In this document: piece by piece, positions 35,993 through 45,027 of the stretch
Position numbering within the stretch: position 1 is the first letter of the stretch
Layout of the letters: each line of letters begins with the position of its first letter
Source: Nitrososphaerales archaeon
GTDB lineage: Archaea; Thermoproteota; Nitrososphaeria; Nitrososphaerales; Gagatemarchaeaceae
Length of the DNA: 59,486 nucleotides
Direction: 5' to 3'
NCBI GenBank assembly: GCA_035314985.1
Contig: DATFYP010000101.1
Location: 1-59,486, forward strand
The notes under the pieces: generated by a model
The model's database searches: none
What the model was told of the DNA's origin: nothing
Seen by the model: the letters and a program-made list of their open reading frames with translations, nothing else
Translations under genes and position numbers: made by a program

Positions 35993-36301
35993 CTAGAAGC
36001 CAGCCGGAAGGTAGTTGTTCTTGGCCAGGTACTCCTCGTGGGCCTTGATGTAGCGCCAGAGGACGTCGGCCCTTCTGTCGTCGAAGTCCCAGGGGGCAAC
36101 CAAGACGATGTCGTGCTCCCTGATCCAGACCCGTCTTTTCATCTTCCCCCTGATTCTACAGAGTCTGACCTTCCCGTCGGTGCATTTCACAAGCACGTGG
36201 TCCCCGCTGGAGATTTTGTTGACCCTGCCCAGCATTTCGCCCTCCTGAGGCAGGACAAGCTCCTTCAGGTTCGACTCGCTCAGTACCTTACGCTTGCCCA
36301 A
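35993..36301 (-). CDS. eif1a: translation initiation factor aIF-1A
   Basis: LPQEGEMLGRVNKISSGDHVLVKCTDGKVRLCRIRGKMKRRVWIREHDIVLVAPWDF. Confidence 0.9.
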   Translation of the reverse strand: MGKRKVLSESNLKELVLPQEGEMLGRVNKISSGDHVLVKCTDGKVRLCRIRGKMKRRVWIREHDIVLVAPWDFDDRRADVLWRYIKAHEEYLAKNNYLPAGF

Positions 36302-36392
36302 AGTATCTCTCCTCCGATGTCGGCCTGTCCAATCTTGTTAGCTCCTGTATGCAGACGGGCAGTAATCCCCGCCTTGAAGTGAAATTCGTTGT

Positions 36393-37022
36393 GTGGTGTA
36401 TATAAGACATCTCCCCCGCCGTGGTTCCGATTTGGCGAGGCTCGGACGCGTCTTCTTCGAGGAGGATGCGCCTCAGGTCGCCAGGAAGTTGATCGGTAAC
36501 CTGCTCGTAAGGGCGTCTGACGGGAAGAGGCTCTCGGGGGCCATCGTCGAAGCGGAAGCATATAGAGGGTCGAATGACCCCGCGAGCCACGCTTATCGCG
36601 GAAGGACGAAAAGGAACGATGTGATGTTCGGGGACCCCGGGCACGCCTACGTGTACTTCACATACGGCAATCACTTCTGTCTCAATCTGACCTGCGAGCC
36701 TGCGGGCGTCCCCGCGGCTGTCCTAGTGAGAGCGATTGAGCCCCGTGAAGGGATTGAAGAGATGAAAGCCAGAAGGGGCGTGGAGAAGGTCCAAGACGTG
36801 GCCAACGGGCCTGGGAAGCTGACCAAGGCCCTTGGTATAGGAAGGGAGCTCAACGGGGAGGACCTCGTGACTTCTGAACGGTTGTTTCTGGAGGAAGGCG
36901 AAAAGCCGCGGAGGGTCGAGTCAAGCTCGAGGGTCGGGATAAGCAGCGGAACCGCGTACAGGTGGAGGTACTTCGCCGAGGGGAGCCGGTTCGTCTCTCC
37001 CGGGAAACCTTCAAGGGGATAG
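36393..37022 (+). CDS. mpg: DNA-3-methyladenine (AAG/Mpg-family) glycosylase
   Basis: VARKLIGNLLV, IVEAEAYRGSNDPASHAYRGRTKRN, MFGDPGHAYVYFTYGNHFCLN and GPGKLTKALGI. Confidence 0.85.
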   Translation: MVYIRHLPRRGSDLARLGRVFFEEDAPQVARKLIGNLLVRASDGKRLSGAIVEAEAYRGSNDPASHAYRGRTKRNDVMFGDPGHAYVYFTYGNHFCLNLTCEPAGVPAAVLVRAIEPREGIEEMKARRGVEKVQDVANGPGKLTKALGIGRELNGEDLVTSERLFLEEGEKPRRVESSSRVGISSGTAYRWRYFAEGSRFVSPGKPSRG

Positions 37023-37064
37023 CCCAGAACCCATAACTACCGCAGCCACCCACGCAACCAACGT

Positions 37065-37203
37065 GGGGTCGTCGGCTAGGCTTTGAGTGCGGTCATTCGC
37101 AGTCAAGGGGCTAGTCTGGTCTAGGCTTCAAACCACGCGGAAGCGGCCTTGGGATCTCCTACAAGAACGCTTGAGACCCCCGGTTCAAATCCGGGCGACC
37201 CCA
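37065..37203 (+). tRNA. tRNA-Pro(UGG) with three introns
   Basis: Removing 37073-37107 (35 nt, position 8/9 to 15/16, ambiguous because GGCTAG is duplicated), 37132-37145 (14 nt, position 29/30) and 37155-37168 (14 nt, 37/38 or 38/39) gives a 76-nt tRNA. Its parts are acceptor GGGGTCG/CGACCCC, D-arm GGCT-AGTCTGGTCTA-GGCT, anticodon arm CAAGC-CTTGGGA-GCTTG and T-arm CCCGG-TTCAAAT-CCGGG. Confidence 0.85.
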
Positions 37204-37221
37204 TCCAACTCGCATTAGCCT

Positions 37222-37761
37222 CTAGCCGGACATTCCGCGAATGACGAACCTCAAGATGGGGATGCGATTGGCCCTAATGAAACCCAAATCAGATTTGGAA
37301 ATCACTGGCCTGCCATAGTAATTCACTACCGCGAGGGCAAGTATTCGGCCCGGGGACAATTTGCGCCACCTAAGGGCATCTGTCAATTGATCTTCTAGTG
37401 TGTCACCACTCGCACCTTGGAGGCAATGACTGCCGTATGTCTTCACTTCCACAGCCAGGGTTTCGTTAGTGGTGACAATTTCGACCAGCCTGAAACGTCT
37501 CAGGGACGGAAATACATCAAGCCCGAAATCTTCAGCCCTGATGAGCAGGGGGTGGTCTCTGATCTTGTACCCAAGTAACCCAAGCCACCCCTTGACTAGC
37601 CCTTCGCCAAAGGCCCCCCTCACATGCTTGGACGCCGACATGGTAGGATTGCCGACAAAGCTGCCCCGTCTGGAAAGGTCGATTGCCTCGCTTTTGGTTA
37701 TCCTGACGTTTCGGGATTCCATCACGAGTTGGTCGACAACTCCAAATTTTAGCGATTGCAA
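37222..37761 (-). CDS. PD-(D/E)xK-type nuclease-like hypothetical protein (Hjc/YraN-like core)
   Basis: RGAFGEGLVKGWLGLLGYKI ... FGLDVF ... LAVEVKTYG fits a GxxxE...D...E-x-K nuclease core. The gene begins 19 nt after tRNA-Pro, and GC is visibly lower than the flanks. Confidence 0.5.
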   Translation of the reverse strand: MQSLKFGVVDQLVMESRNVRITKSEAIDLSRRGSFVGNPTMSASKHVRGAFGEGLVKGWLGLLGYKIRDHPLLIRAEDFGLDVFPSLRRFRLVEIVTTNETLAVEVKTYGSHCLQGASGDTLEDQLTDALRWRKLSPGRILALAVVNYYGRPVISKSDLGFIRANRIPILRFVIRGMSG

Positions 37762-37988
37762 ATGGGCGAGGTAGAAGATTGGAGGGGCTAGTGAAACTGA
37801 GTTGTCCAGCCGGATGTTGCCGAGCCGTTGATTTCCCTCAATTCAGCGGTCGGCCCGAGTGAACAAAAAGCTTGTGCCATTCTCTCTTCCTCACACCGCG
37901 CAGTTCAGATTCTCAGCGCAACAGAACTTCTTTTGACTAACTGTCCACATAGCTTGATATAGTTTCTAACAGGAAGTCTCCCCCGGAC

Positions 37989-40076
37989 TTGCAAGCCGCT
38001 CCAAGAAGGGTAAAGACGATTTACAGTGTCATCGCGTCCCCGCAGAGGCTGGAGATCCTGAGGATTCTGAACATCAAGGGCCCGCTGACCTACAGCGCGC
38101 TGAAGACCCTCGCGGGTTTCAAGTCGAAGAAGGAGTCGGGGAAGTTCGCCTACCACCTGAGGAAGCTCGTCAAGCAGCTCCTCATCCAGCTGAACCGGCA
38201 GGAGAGGAAGTACACGGTCACGAACCTCGGCAGGCTAGTGCTCAACCTCACCCGCCAGATAGAGGAGCAGTCCCTGGTCGAAAGCGGCAAGCTCTATGTG
38301 AGGACCTCGCACCAGACGATGGAGGAGTTCAACGCGAACAAGATCCTCCAGTCCCTCGTAAAGGAGGCAGGGATGCCGGTTGAGCTTGCGCAGAAGATAA
38401 CCAGCGAAACCGAATCGAGGCTCTACAAGTTCCAGACGCAGTATCTCACGGCCCCCCTGATCCGCGAAATCGTGAATGCCCTCCTGGTGGAGCACAGCCT
38501 TGAGGAGTACCGCCACAAGCTCACCCGCCTGGGGATGCCCATCTACGACGTGACCCAGCTTCTGAGCAGGGCGGGGGACGACGGGGGGAGCGTTGAAACC
38601 CTCATCCACCAGACGGGGAAGCAGGTCTTCTCAGAATACCTTCTGCTGGAACAGCTTCCGAGGGACGTGGCCGACGCCCACCTGTCCGGGGACATCCACA
38701 TAACGAACGCCGGGACCTGGGGGCTCACCCCAGACACCGTCTTCGTGGACCTCCTGTCCATGAGGAGCGCCGGACTGAACCCGAAGGGGAAGATCGTGAA
38801 TGCTTCGATGATACCCAGCCCCGAGAGCGCTGAAAGGGCGCTGAACATCGTCCTCAACATGTCGTCCATGCTCAGCAGGGAGGCCTCCGACGAAGTGACG
38901 TTCAGGAACTTCCTCCAGTACATCGGGCCCTTCTGCAGGTCGAGAGGGAAGCGGGAGCTGGAGAACCTCTTCCTGCGCTTCTTCGAGACGATGAGCACCC
39001 CGATCGTGGGGGCGGGGGCGCCGGCGGTTGGGATCGAGCTGAACCCCTACAAGCACGACGACGTGCCGCGGGAGGTGACTGACAAGATCCTGGACGCTGT
39101 GCTCGGCGCGTACAGGAGCTTCGTGGAGGAGACGCCGAGGCCCGACGTCAAGCTGCTCCTGGCGAAGCCCAACCGGGTCGATGAAACCCAGACGCTGAAG
39201 GCCGCTGCGGGAATCATCTTCAGGGGCGGCCGGATTGCCTTCTTCTCATCCGACCAGCGGCGGAGCTTCCTCGGGCTGAATGCGAACGTGCTGCCCCAGG
39301 AGTTGCAGGCAGACAACGTGAGCGTGCTGCACGGGCTGAGCCTCAACCTTCCCAGGCTCGCCTACGACTCCAACCAGGACGAGACCTACTTCAGGGCGAA
39401 GCTCGCCATGCTGATAGCTGTCGCGGCCGACGCCCTCTCGACGAGGAGGAGGCTGATAGAGAGGACCCTCAAGAGGGGGCTCCTCCCCTCGCTGGCGGGG
39501 GGCTCCGACGCCGTAACGACGGACACGATGCCCCTGGTGATGAACATGGTCGGGCTCGAGGAGACCCTCGCGAGCCTGATCCGCGACCCGACGACGGCCT
39601 CGAGGTACGAACTCGCCGACAAGATAGTCCAGACGGCCAGCCAGGTGGCCCTGGACAAGTCCACGAAGAGCGACAAGCTCGCCGTCGCCATGCTGGACCT
39701 CGACGGCGCCATGAGAATGGCGACCCTCGACTCCGAGAAGTACGGGAAGGCCAACATTCAGCCGCTCCAGAAGGGGGCATACAGCCAATCGCCCAGGCTC
39801 GTCCTGTCTGACCTCGAGAACCCCGAGAAGATGGACTATGTCGGCAAGCTGTCGTCAGGCCTCATGGGGGGGCTCTCACTGACCCTCGACGGTTCGGCCG
39901 AGGAGGTCAGGGGAGTCTACAACCTGATCCTCAACGCGACCCCGAAGCTTCCGTGCTTCAAAGTCGACAGGACCATCTCCGTCTGCAGGAACTGTGGGGC
40001 CAAGCTGCCGCAGAAGGCGGTCCGCTGCAACAGGTGCAAGTCCGTGGCCTCGGTCCAGTATTCGACAGCGGTCTGA
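37989..40076 (+). CDS. wHTH (ArsR-like) + ATP-cone + NrdD-like domain protein lacking a glycyl-radical motif
   Basis: The N-terminus SPQRLEILRILNIKGPLTYSAL...FAYHLRKL is a winged HTH. LYVRTSHQTMEEFNANKILQSL...APLIREIVNALL is an ATP-cone. AHLSGDIHITN is an NrdD-type motif. The C-terminus is CRNCG-x11-CNRCK, and the ORF stops 11 codons later with no RVxGY-like motif. TTG start. Confidence 0.65.
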   Translation: MQAAPRRVKTIYSVIASPQRLEILRILNIKGPLTYSALKTLAGFKSKKESGKFAYHLRKLVKQLLIQLNRQERKYTVTNLGRLVLNLTRQIEEQSLVESGKLYVRTSHQTMEEFNANKILQSLVKEAGMPVELAQKITSETESRLYKFQTQYLTAPLIREIVNALLVEHSLEEYRHKLTRLGMPIYDVTQLLSRAGDDGGSVETLIHQTGKQVFSEYLLLEQLPRDVADAHLSGDIHITNAGTWGLTPDTVFVDLLSMRSAGLNPKGKIVNASMIPSPESAERALNIVLNMSSMLSREASDEVTFRNFLQYIGPFCRSRGKRELENLFLRFFETMSTPIVGAGAPAVGIELNPYKHDDVPREVTDKILDAVLGAYRSFVEETPRPDVKLLLAKPNRVDETQTLKAAAGIIFRGGRIAFFSSDQRRSFLGLNANVLPQELQADNVSVLHGLSLNLPRLAYDSNQDETYFRAKLAMLIAVAADALSTRRRLIERTLKRGLLPSLAGGSDAVTTDTMPLVMNMVGLEETLASLIRDPTTASRYELADKIVQTASQVALDKSTKSDKLAVAMLDLDGAMRMATLDSEKYGKANIQPLQKGAYSQSPRLVLSDLENPEKMDYVGKLSSGLMGGLSLTLDGSAEEVRGVYNLILNATPKLPCFKVDRTISVCRNCGAKLPQKAVRCNRCKSVASVQYSTAV

Positions 40077-40229
40077 TCCGAACGAATCGAGTTAACATCC
40101 TGTCAAAAAGAGTTCACAGTGGAACGTTTCATGCTGCTAGCGCCAGAGGGACAAACGCCCCAATTGTCAACTGAGCATTAGCCAAGAGCGAGATATATAT
40201 CGCCGAACATGGGTTCAAGGTTAAGGATT

Positions 40230-42548
40230 ATGACGTCAATCGCTGAGAATCCACGTGACTCTGCGGACGCCGCAGAGCAGACCAAGGGAGAAGTGAAACT
40301 CCCATCCGAGACTCTCGCAGCATTCGGCGGAGATGAACTGCGGGCGAGAGTGTTCTATGAGAAATACGCGCTACGGGACCAGTACGGCAAGCAGGTCGAG
40401 AAGACACCAGAGGAACTGTGGCGGCGGGTCGCCACGGAGCTGGCGTTGCCAGAGCTGGATGCCGAGAAGAGGAAGGAGTGGGCGAGCAAGTTCTACTGGC
40501 TCCTGCAGGACTTCAGGTTCGTGCCGGGGGGAAGAGTCCTCTTCGGCGCAGGGCAGTCAAGGAAGTCGACTCTGCTCAACTGCTACTTCTTCAAGATCAA
40601 GGAGGACTCGATCGAGTCGATCTTCGACTGGTGCAAGGAGGCCGCCAGGACCTACAGCTTCGGCGGAGGCGTCGGGACCGACATCTCCGTGCTGAGGCCC
40701 CGGGGGGCGCCGGTCAACAACGCCGCGATATACAGCTCGGGTTCGGTTTCGTTCATGGAGCTCCTCTCGACCACCACAGGGACCATCGGTCAGGCGGGCA
40801 GGAGGGGGGCGCTGATGATCACGATAAGGGTGGACCATCCGGACATAATGGACTTCATGACAGTCAAGCGCGACCTGAAGAGGGTCAACTACGCCAACAT
40901 CTCAGTGAAGATCACGGACGACTTCATGAAGGCCGTCGAGACCGACGCGGACTTCTTCCTGCACTTCAAGAACGAGAAGGTGGAGGTGAACAGAACGGTG
41001 AGGGCGAGGGAGGTGTGGAAGTCGCTTGTCAGGGGGGCCTGGGAGTCTGCAGAGCCCGGGGTCCTGTTCTGGGACACCATCAAGAGAGACTCCACCACCG
41101 AGTACAACGGCATGGAGGTGGAGGGGGTGAATCCCTGCAGCGAGCAGACTCTGGAGAGCTACGGCTGCTGCTGCCTCGGCTCGATCAACCTCAGCGCCTT
41201 TGTGAAGGAGCCATTCACGGAGCGGGCGAGCATCGACGAGGAGGCTCTCACCAGGGCGTGCCAGTTCGCCGTCAGGTTCCTCGACAACGTCCTCGACTAC
41301 AACGCCGAGAGGCACCCGCTCCCCCAGCAGAAGAAGGCCTCGCTCTGGAGCAGGAGGATAGGCACGGGGATCACCGGCCTGGGGGACATGCTGATCAAGC
41401 TCGGGCTGAAGTACGACGACGAATCCACCATCGAGTACGTCGACCACCTCTTCGAGAGGATCAAGAACGTCATCTACGAGTGCTCGACGGACCTGGCGAA
41501 GGAGAAGGGGAGCTTCCCCGCCTTCGACGCAGAGAAGCACCTGGCCCAGCCCTTCATCCAGAGGCTGGGGGACCGGGTGAAGGAGAAGATCAGGACCCAG
41601 GGGCTCAGGAACGCGGCGGTCACGACCATCCCGCCCGTCGGCTCGGGATCGATCCTGGCCGGATGCTCGAGCGGGGTCGAGCCGGTGTTTGCCCTCTATT
41701 ACACCAGGAGGAGCAAGTCGCTCAGCGAAGGCGAGTTCAAGGTCTTCCACCCCCTGGTGAAGGAGTACATGGCCCTCAGCGGGTCGGCGGACGAGGGGAA
41801 GCTGCCGAACTACTTCGTCACGTCGCACCAGATAAGGCCCGAGATGAGGGTGAGCATGCAGGCGACCATCCAGAAGCACATCGACACGGCGATCTCCAGC
41901 ACAGTCAACCTCCCCGAGGAGATAACGCTGGACGAGGTCGAGAACGTCTACATGCTGGCCTGGAAGCTGGGATGCAAGGGCATAACGGTGTACAGGGAAG
42001 GGAGCAGAGAGGGCATCCTGGAGACGGAGAAGGCCCCCAAGAAGGAGGAGAAGGAGGAAGAGCAGAGGATCACCTTCGAGCGGCCGAGGCTGATGGAAGG
42101 GAAGACCCTCAAGCTGAAGCTTCCCCAGGGGGCGCTCTACCTCACGGCTAACCTGGTCGACGGAGAGCTGAAGGAGGCATTCGTGACCCTCGGCAAGTCG
42201 GGAGGGGACGAGAAGGCCGACGCCGAGGCCCTCGGGAGGCTGATCAGCCTCTACCTGCAGCACGGAGGGGACGTCCAGAGCGTCGTGTCTACGCTGAAGG
42301 GCATCAAGGGGAAGTACGTCTCCTGGGACGAGGGGACGCAGCTGCTCTCGATTCCCGACGCGATAGCGAAGGCGCTGGAGCTGCTGACCCTCAACCACGT
42401 CGTGAAGGAGTCGGCCATCCCCCTGCAGGCCGAAGGGTCCAGGATGCGCCCGATCGGGACCACCTGCCCCGACTGCCACGAAGACGCGCTGGTCTTCGAG
42501 AACGGGTGCTACCGCTGCAGCAGCTGCGGATACTCCAAATGTGAGTAG
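40230..42548 (+). CDS. nrdJ: class II (adenosylcobalamin-dependent) ribonucleotide reductase
   Basis: FVPGGRVLFGAG, LLNCYF, SFGGGVGTDISVLRPRGAPV, NPCSEQTLESYGCCCLGSINL and the C-terminal CPDC...CSSCG. The start is set at the second ATG (MTSIAEN) because the ATATATAT box sits at 40193-40200. The ORF opens at 40209. Confidence 0.9.
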   Translation: MTSIAENPRDSADAAEQTKGEVKLPSETLAAFGGDELRARVFYEKYALRDQYGKQVEKTPEELWRRVATELALPELDAEKRKEWASKFYWLLQDFRFVPGGRVLFGAGQSRKSTLLNCYFFKIKEDSIESIFDWCKEAARTYSFGGGVGTDISVLRPRGAPVNNAAIYSSGSVSFMELLSTTTGTIGQAGRRGALMITIRVDHPDIMDFMTVKRDLKRVNYANISVKITDDFMKAVETDADFFLHFKNEKVEVNRTVRAREVWKSLVRGAWESAEPGVLFWDTIKRDSTTEYNGMEVEGVNPCSEQTLESYGCCCLGSINLSAFVKEPFTERASIDEEALTRACQFAVRFLDNVLDYNAERHPLPQQKKASLWSRRIGTGITGLGDMLIKLGLKYDDESTIEYVDHLFERIKNVIYECSTDLAKEKGSFPAFDAEKHLAQPFIQRLGDRVKEKIRTQGLRNAAVTTIPPVGSGSILAGCSSGVEPVFALYYTRRSKSLSEGEFKVFHPLVKEYMALSGSADEGKLPNYFVTSHQIRPEMRVSMQATIQKHIDTAISSTVNLPEEITLDEVENVYMLAWKLGCKGITVYREGSREGILETEKAPKKEEKEEEQRITFERPRLMEGKTLKLKLPQGALYLTANLVDGELKEAFVTLGKSGGDEKADAEALGRLISLYLQHGGDVQSVVSTLKGIKGKYVSWDEGTQLLSIPDAIAKALELLTLNHVVKESAIPLQAEGSRMRPIGTTCPDCHEDALVFENGCYRCSSCGYSKCE

Positions 42549-42611
42549 TGCGGTCTGTCCGCAGGCGCCTCGCCCCCAAACGATTTAACGCCCAGCGGCG
42601 GCCCCGGGCTC

Positions 42612-42848
42612 GTGTCGGAGCGGAAGAGACGGAACCCGGTTCTGACCGTGGCCCTTCTCACCCCGCTGGTGATTGCGCCGCTCGTCTTGCTCGGGGTCTA
42701 CCTGGGATTCTACGTGGGGGACGCGACAGGCTACCCGAGGACGATCCTGGCCATAGCATTCTCGACCGTCGGCTTCCTGGCGTCGATAGCGATTCTGGTG
42801 AAGGTGATCACGGCCGTCGTCGCCAGGAGCAGCTGGGCTAAGCCTTGA
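42612..42848 (+). CDS. hypothetical small membrane protein
   Basis: 78-aa GTG-start ORF with two TM helices. No family recognised. Confidence 0.4.
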   Translation: MSERKRRNPVLTVALLTPLVIAPLVLLGVYLGFYVGDATGYPRTILAIAFSTVGFLASIAILVKVITAVVARSSWAKP

Positions 42849-42975
42849 CCTTCGCGAGGGCATCTGACTTGGCCCTGGCGACCTTGGCCCTCAGCTCTCC
42901 CACCGCCTGCTGGTGAGCCTCCTCCACCTTCTGAGAGGCCGACCTGAAGGGTTCGGCGGCTATGTCGGCGCTCAT
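42838..42975 (-). CDS. 45-aa helical mini-protein coupled to atpD (candidate small ATPase subunit)
   Basis: It falls below the ORF-track cutoff. ATG 42975 overlaps the atpD stop (ATGA). The sequence MSADIAAEPFRSASQKVEEAHQQAVGELRAKVARAKSDALAKVKA is predicted to be a single amphipathic helix. Confidence 0.45.
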   Translation of the reverse strand: MSADIAAEPFRSASQKVEEAHQQAVGELRAKVARAKSDALAKVKA

Positions 42976-43613
42976 TGTGCCGCCCTCCTCTCAAGGACCC
43001 TCTTTACATGCTTTAGCCTGGTGAACTCCTCCCTCTCCCTCTCCTCGAGGGTCTGCTGGATGAAGCGGATAGAGGTCTCGTAGCGGGGGATGATCATGAA
43101 TTCGAGCGCGTTCAGGAGCCGCTGGGTTCTCTCGAGCTCCTTCGCCAGTCTGAAGATCGCGTTCTCGTATTCTGCGGCCTTGAAGATCGAAGGGAGGACC
43201 CGCCTCATCTGCATCGAAGCCCTGTCGACGGCGACGTTGGTGTCGGCGAACCCGTAGGTCATGCCCACCTCCTTCTCTGAGAGCGTGACTGATGGGATGT
43301 CCACGTCGACGATTCTGCGGACTTTGACCTCCGCCTCCGTCCCGGGGGGGGTGTTGGCCGCGATTCCCTCCAGACGCAGGGGTCCCAGCTTCAGGTAGGC
43401 GTCATAGAGCGCGAGGTAGGCGTCGGAAAGGGGCTGCGATATCTCGTCACGGGCCGTCCCCGCCTGCACTATCATCTCGTCCAGGCGCTTGAGGAGGACG
43501 TCGCGCTTGTCGTCCAGCACCTTCTTCACTCGTCTCGCCGTCCCAAGCCTCTTCCTGGTCCCGATCAGCTCGATCTTTGTAGGAAGGACCCCGGAACCGG
43601 AAGCTACCGACAC
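42972..43613 (-). CDS. atpD: A/V-type ATP synthase subunit D
   Basis: LPTKIELIGTRKRLGTARRVKKVLDDKRDVLL. The start is set at the GTG 1 nt after the atpB stop, giving 213 aa. The longer ORF overlaps atpB. Confidence 0.85.
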   Translation of the reverse strand: MSVASGSGVLPTKIELIGTRKRLGTARRVKKVLDDKRDVLLKRLDEMIVQAGTARDEISQPLSDAYLALYDAYLKLGPLRLEGIAANTPPGTEAEVKVRRIVDVDIPSVTLSEKEVGMTYGFADTNVAVDRASMQMRRVLPSIFKAAEYENAIFRLAKELERTQRLLNALEFMIIPRYETSIRFIQQTLEEREREEFTRLKHVKRVLERRAAQ

Positions 43614-43614
43614 T

Positions 43615-45027
43615 TCAACCAGCCGGCTCTTTTGCCACGTAGTGTTTCTTGATGAACTCTTCCTTGATGTTGGTGAGCTCGTTCTTGGGGAGGATCGAGA
43701 GCGTCTCCCAGCCAATCCTGAGAGTTTCCTCGAAGGTCCTGTTCTCGTCGTACCCCTGGTTCAGGTACTTCTGTTCGAACTCGTCCCCGAATGTGAGGTA
43801 GCTCAGGTCCGACCCCGTCAGCCCCGACTTCCCCACGATCTCCGCCAGCGCCCTCAGCTCGACCGCCCTGGCGTAGGCGTTGTAGAGCTGGTTGCCGACC
43901 TGGTGGTGGTCCGGGCGAGCCTTCCCCTGCTTGATGACGTAGCCGAGGGCGGGGCCCATCAGCCTGCTAAGGCTTGAGAGGACGTAGACCGGGGGATACA
44001 GCCCCTTCCTGAAGAGCTCCCGTCCGAGGAACACCTGGCCCTCGGTGATGTAACCCGTGAGGTCCGGAATCGGATGGGTAACGTCGTCGCTGGGCATAGA
44101 CAGGATGGGCATCTGGGTGATGCTTCCCTTCTTTCCCTTGATTCTCCCGGCGCGCTCGTAGAGGCTGGCAAGGTCCGTGTAGAGGTAGCCGGGAAAGCCC
44201 TTCCGCCCCGGGACCTCCTCCCTTGCGGCCGATATCTCCCTCAGCGCTTCGGCATAGTTCGTGATGTCGGTGATTATCACGAGGACGTGCATGTCCAGCT
44301 CGAAGGCGAGGTACTCCGCGGCGGTGAGTGCGACGCGGGGGGTGATTATCCTCTCGATTGCCGGGTCGTCGGCGAGGTTGAGGTACAGGATGCTCCTCCT
44401 GATGGCCCCAGACTCGGCAAGGGTCCGCTGGAAGAAGGTGGCCTCACTGGAAGAGACCCCTACGGCGGCGAACACGACCGCGAACTCCTCGCCCCCCCCA
44501 ACGACCGTCGCCTGTCTCGCGACCTGGGCGGCGAGCATGTTGTGGGGCATCCCCGCCCCTGAGAAGATCGGGAGCTTCTGGCCCCTCACGAGGGTGAGCA
44601 TTCCGTCGATGACGGACACTCCGGTCTGGATCAGGTCGGTTGGGTAGTCCCTTCGCTCGGGATTGATGGGCGCGCCGTTCACGTCGGGGAAGCTCTTGGC
44701 CACCGGCTCCGGCAGCCCGTCTAGAGGCCTGCCCAGCCCGTCGAAGACCCTTCCGAGAAGCTGGTCTGAGACCGGGAGCTGCATCGTCCTGCCCAGGAAC
44801 CTGGCCTTGGTGCCGCTGATGGAGAGCCCCGATGTCCCCTCGAAGACCTGGACCACCGCCTTCCCGAACCCCGTCTCGAGGACCCTCGCTAGCCTCTTCC
44901 TCCCCTCGGCGTCCTCGATCTCCACGAGCTCGTCGAAGGCCGCCCTGTCCACGCCGTCGACCACCAGGAGCGGGCCCCTGATCTCGGCCACCTTGCTGTA
45001 CTCCAGGCCGGATGAGGACTTGCTCAA
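43615..45027 (-). CDS. atpB: A/V-type ATP synthase subunit B
   Basis: 470 aa. [48 protein letters not shown] and [17 protein letters not shown]. Confidence 0.95.
   Translation of the reverse strand: MSKSSSGLEYSKVAEIRGPLLVVDGVDRAAFDELVEIEDAEGRKRLARVLETGFGKAVVQVFEGTSGLSISGTKARFLGRTMQLPVSDQLLGRVFDGLGRPLDGLPEPVAKSFPDVNGAPINPERRDYPTDLIQTGVSVIDGMLTLVRGQKLPIFSGAGMPHNMLAAQVARQATVVGGGEEFAVVFAAVGVSSSEATFFQRTLAESGAIRRSILYLNLADDPAIERIITPRVALTAAEYLAFELDMHVLVIITDITNYAEALREISAAREEVPGRKGFPGYLYTDLASLYERAGRIKGKKGSITQMPILSMPSDDVTHPIPDLTGYITEGQVFLGRELFRKGLYPPVYVLSSLSRLMGPALGYVIKQGKARPDHHQVGNQLYNAYARAVELRALAEIVGKSGLTGSDLSYLTFGDEFEQKYLNQGYDENRTFEETLRIGWETLSILPKNELTNIKEEFIKKHYVAKEPAG

Noticed and set aside
37204-38000. 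att-site duplication of the tRNA-Pro 3' end to delimit an integrated element
   Set aside because: No second copy of the tRNA 3' half (ggttcaaatccgggcgacccc) is found downstream within the low-GC stretch, so the element boundaries cannot be called.
37933-40173. Shared operator between the NrdD-like gene promoter (TTGACTAACTGTC, 37933-37945) and the nrdJ promoter (TTGTCAACTGA, 40163-40173)
   Set aside because: The similarity is limited to about 7 scattered nucleotides and is well within chance.
40077-40174. A frameshifted continuation of the NrdD-like ORF that would supply the glycyl-radical loop (KRVHSGTF in another frame)
   Set aside because: It does not fit the RVxGY-type spacing (there is an extra residue and no aromatic after Gly). 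The frame is short and of low quality.
40418-42479. Very long alternative-frame and antisense ORFs inside nrdJ (577 aa on the + strand, 525 aa on the - strand), and similar ones elsewhere (for example 29808..30914, 2401..3081, 8935..9513)
   Set aside because: They have R/G/P/E/H-rich low-complexity composition, typical of off-frame translation of GC-rich coding DNA. Each is fully overlapped by a gene with clear family motifs.
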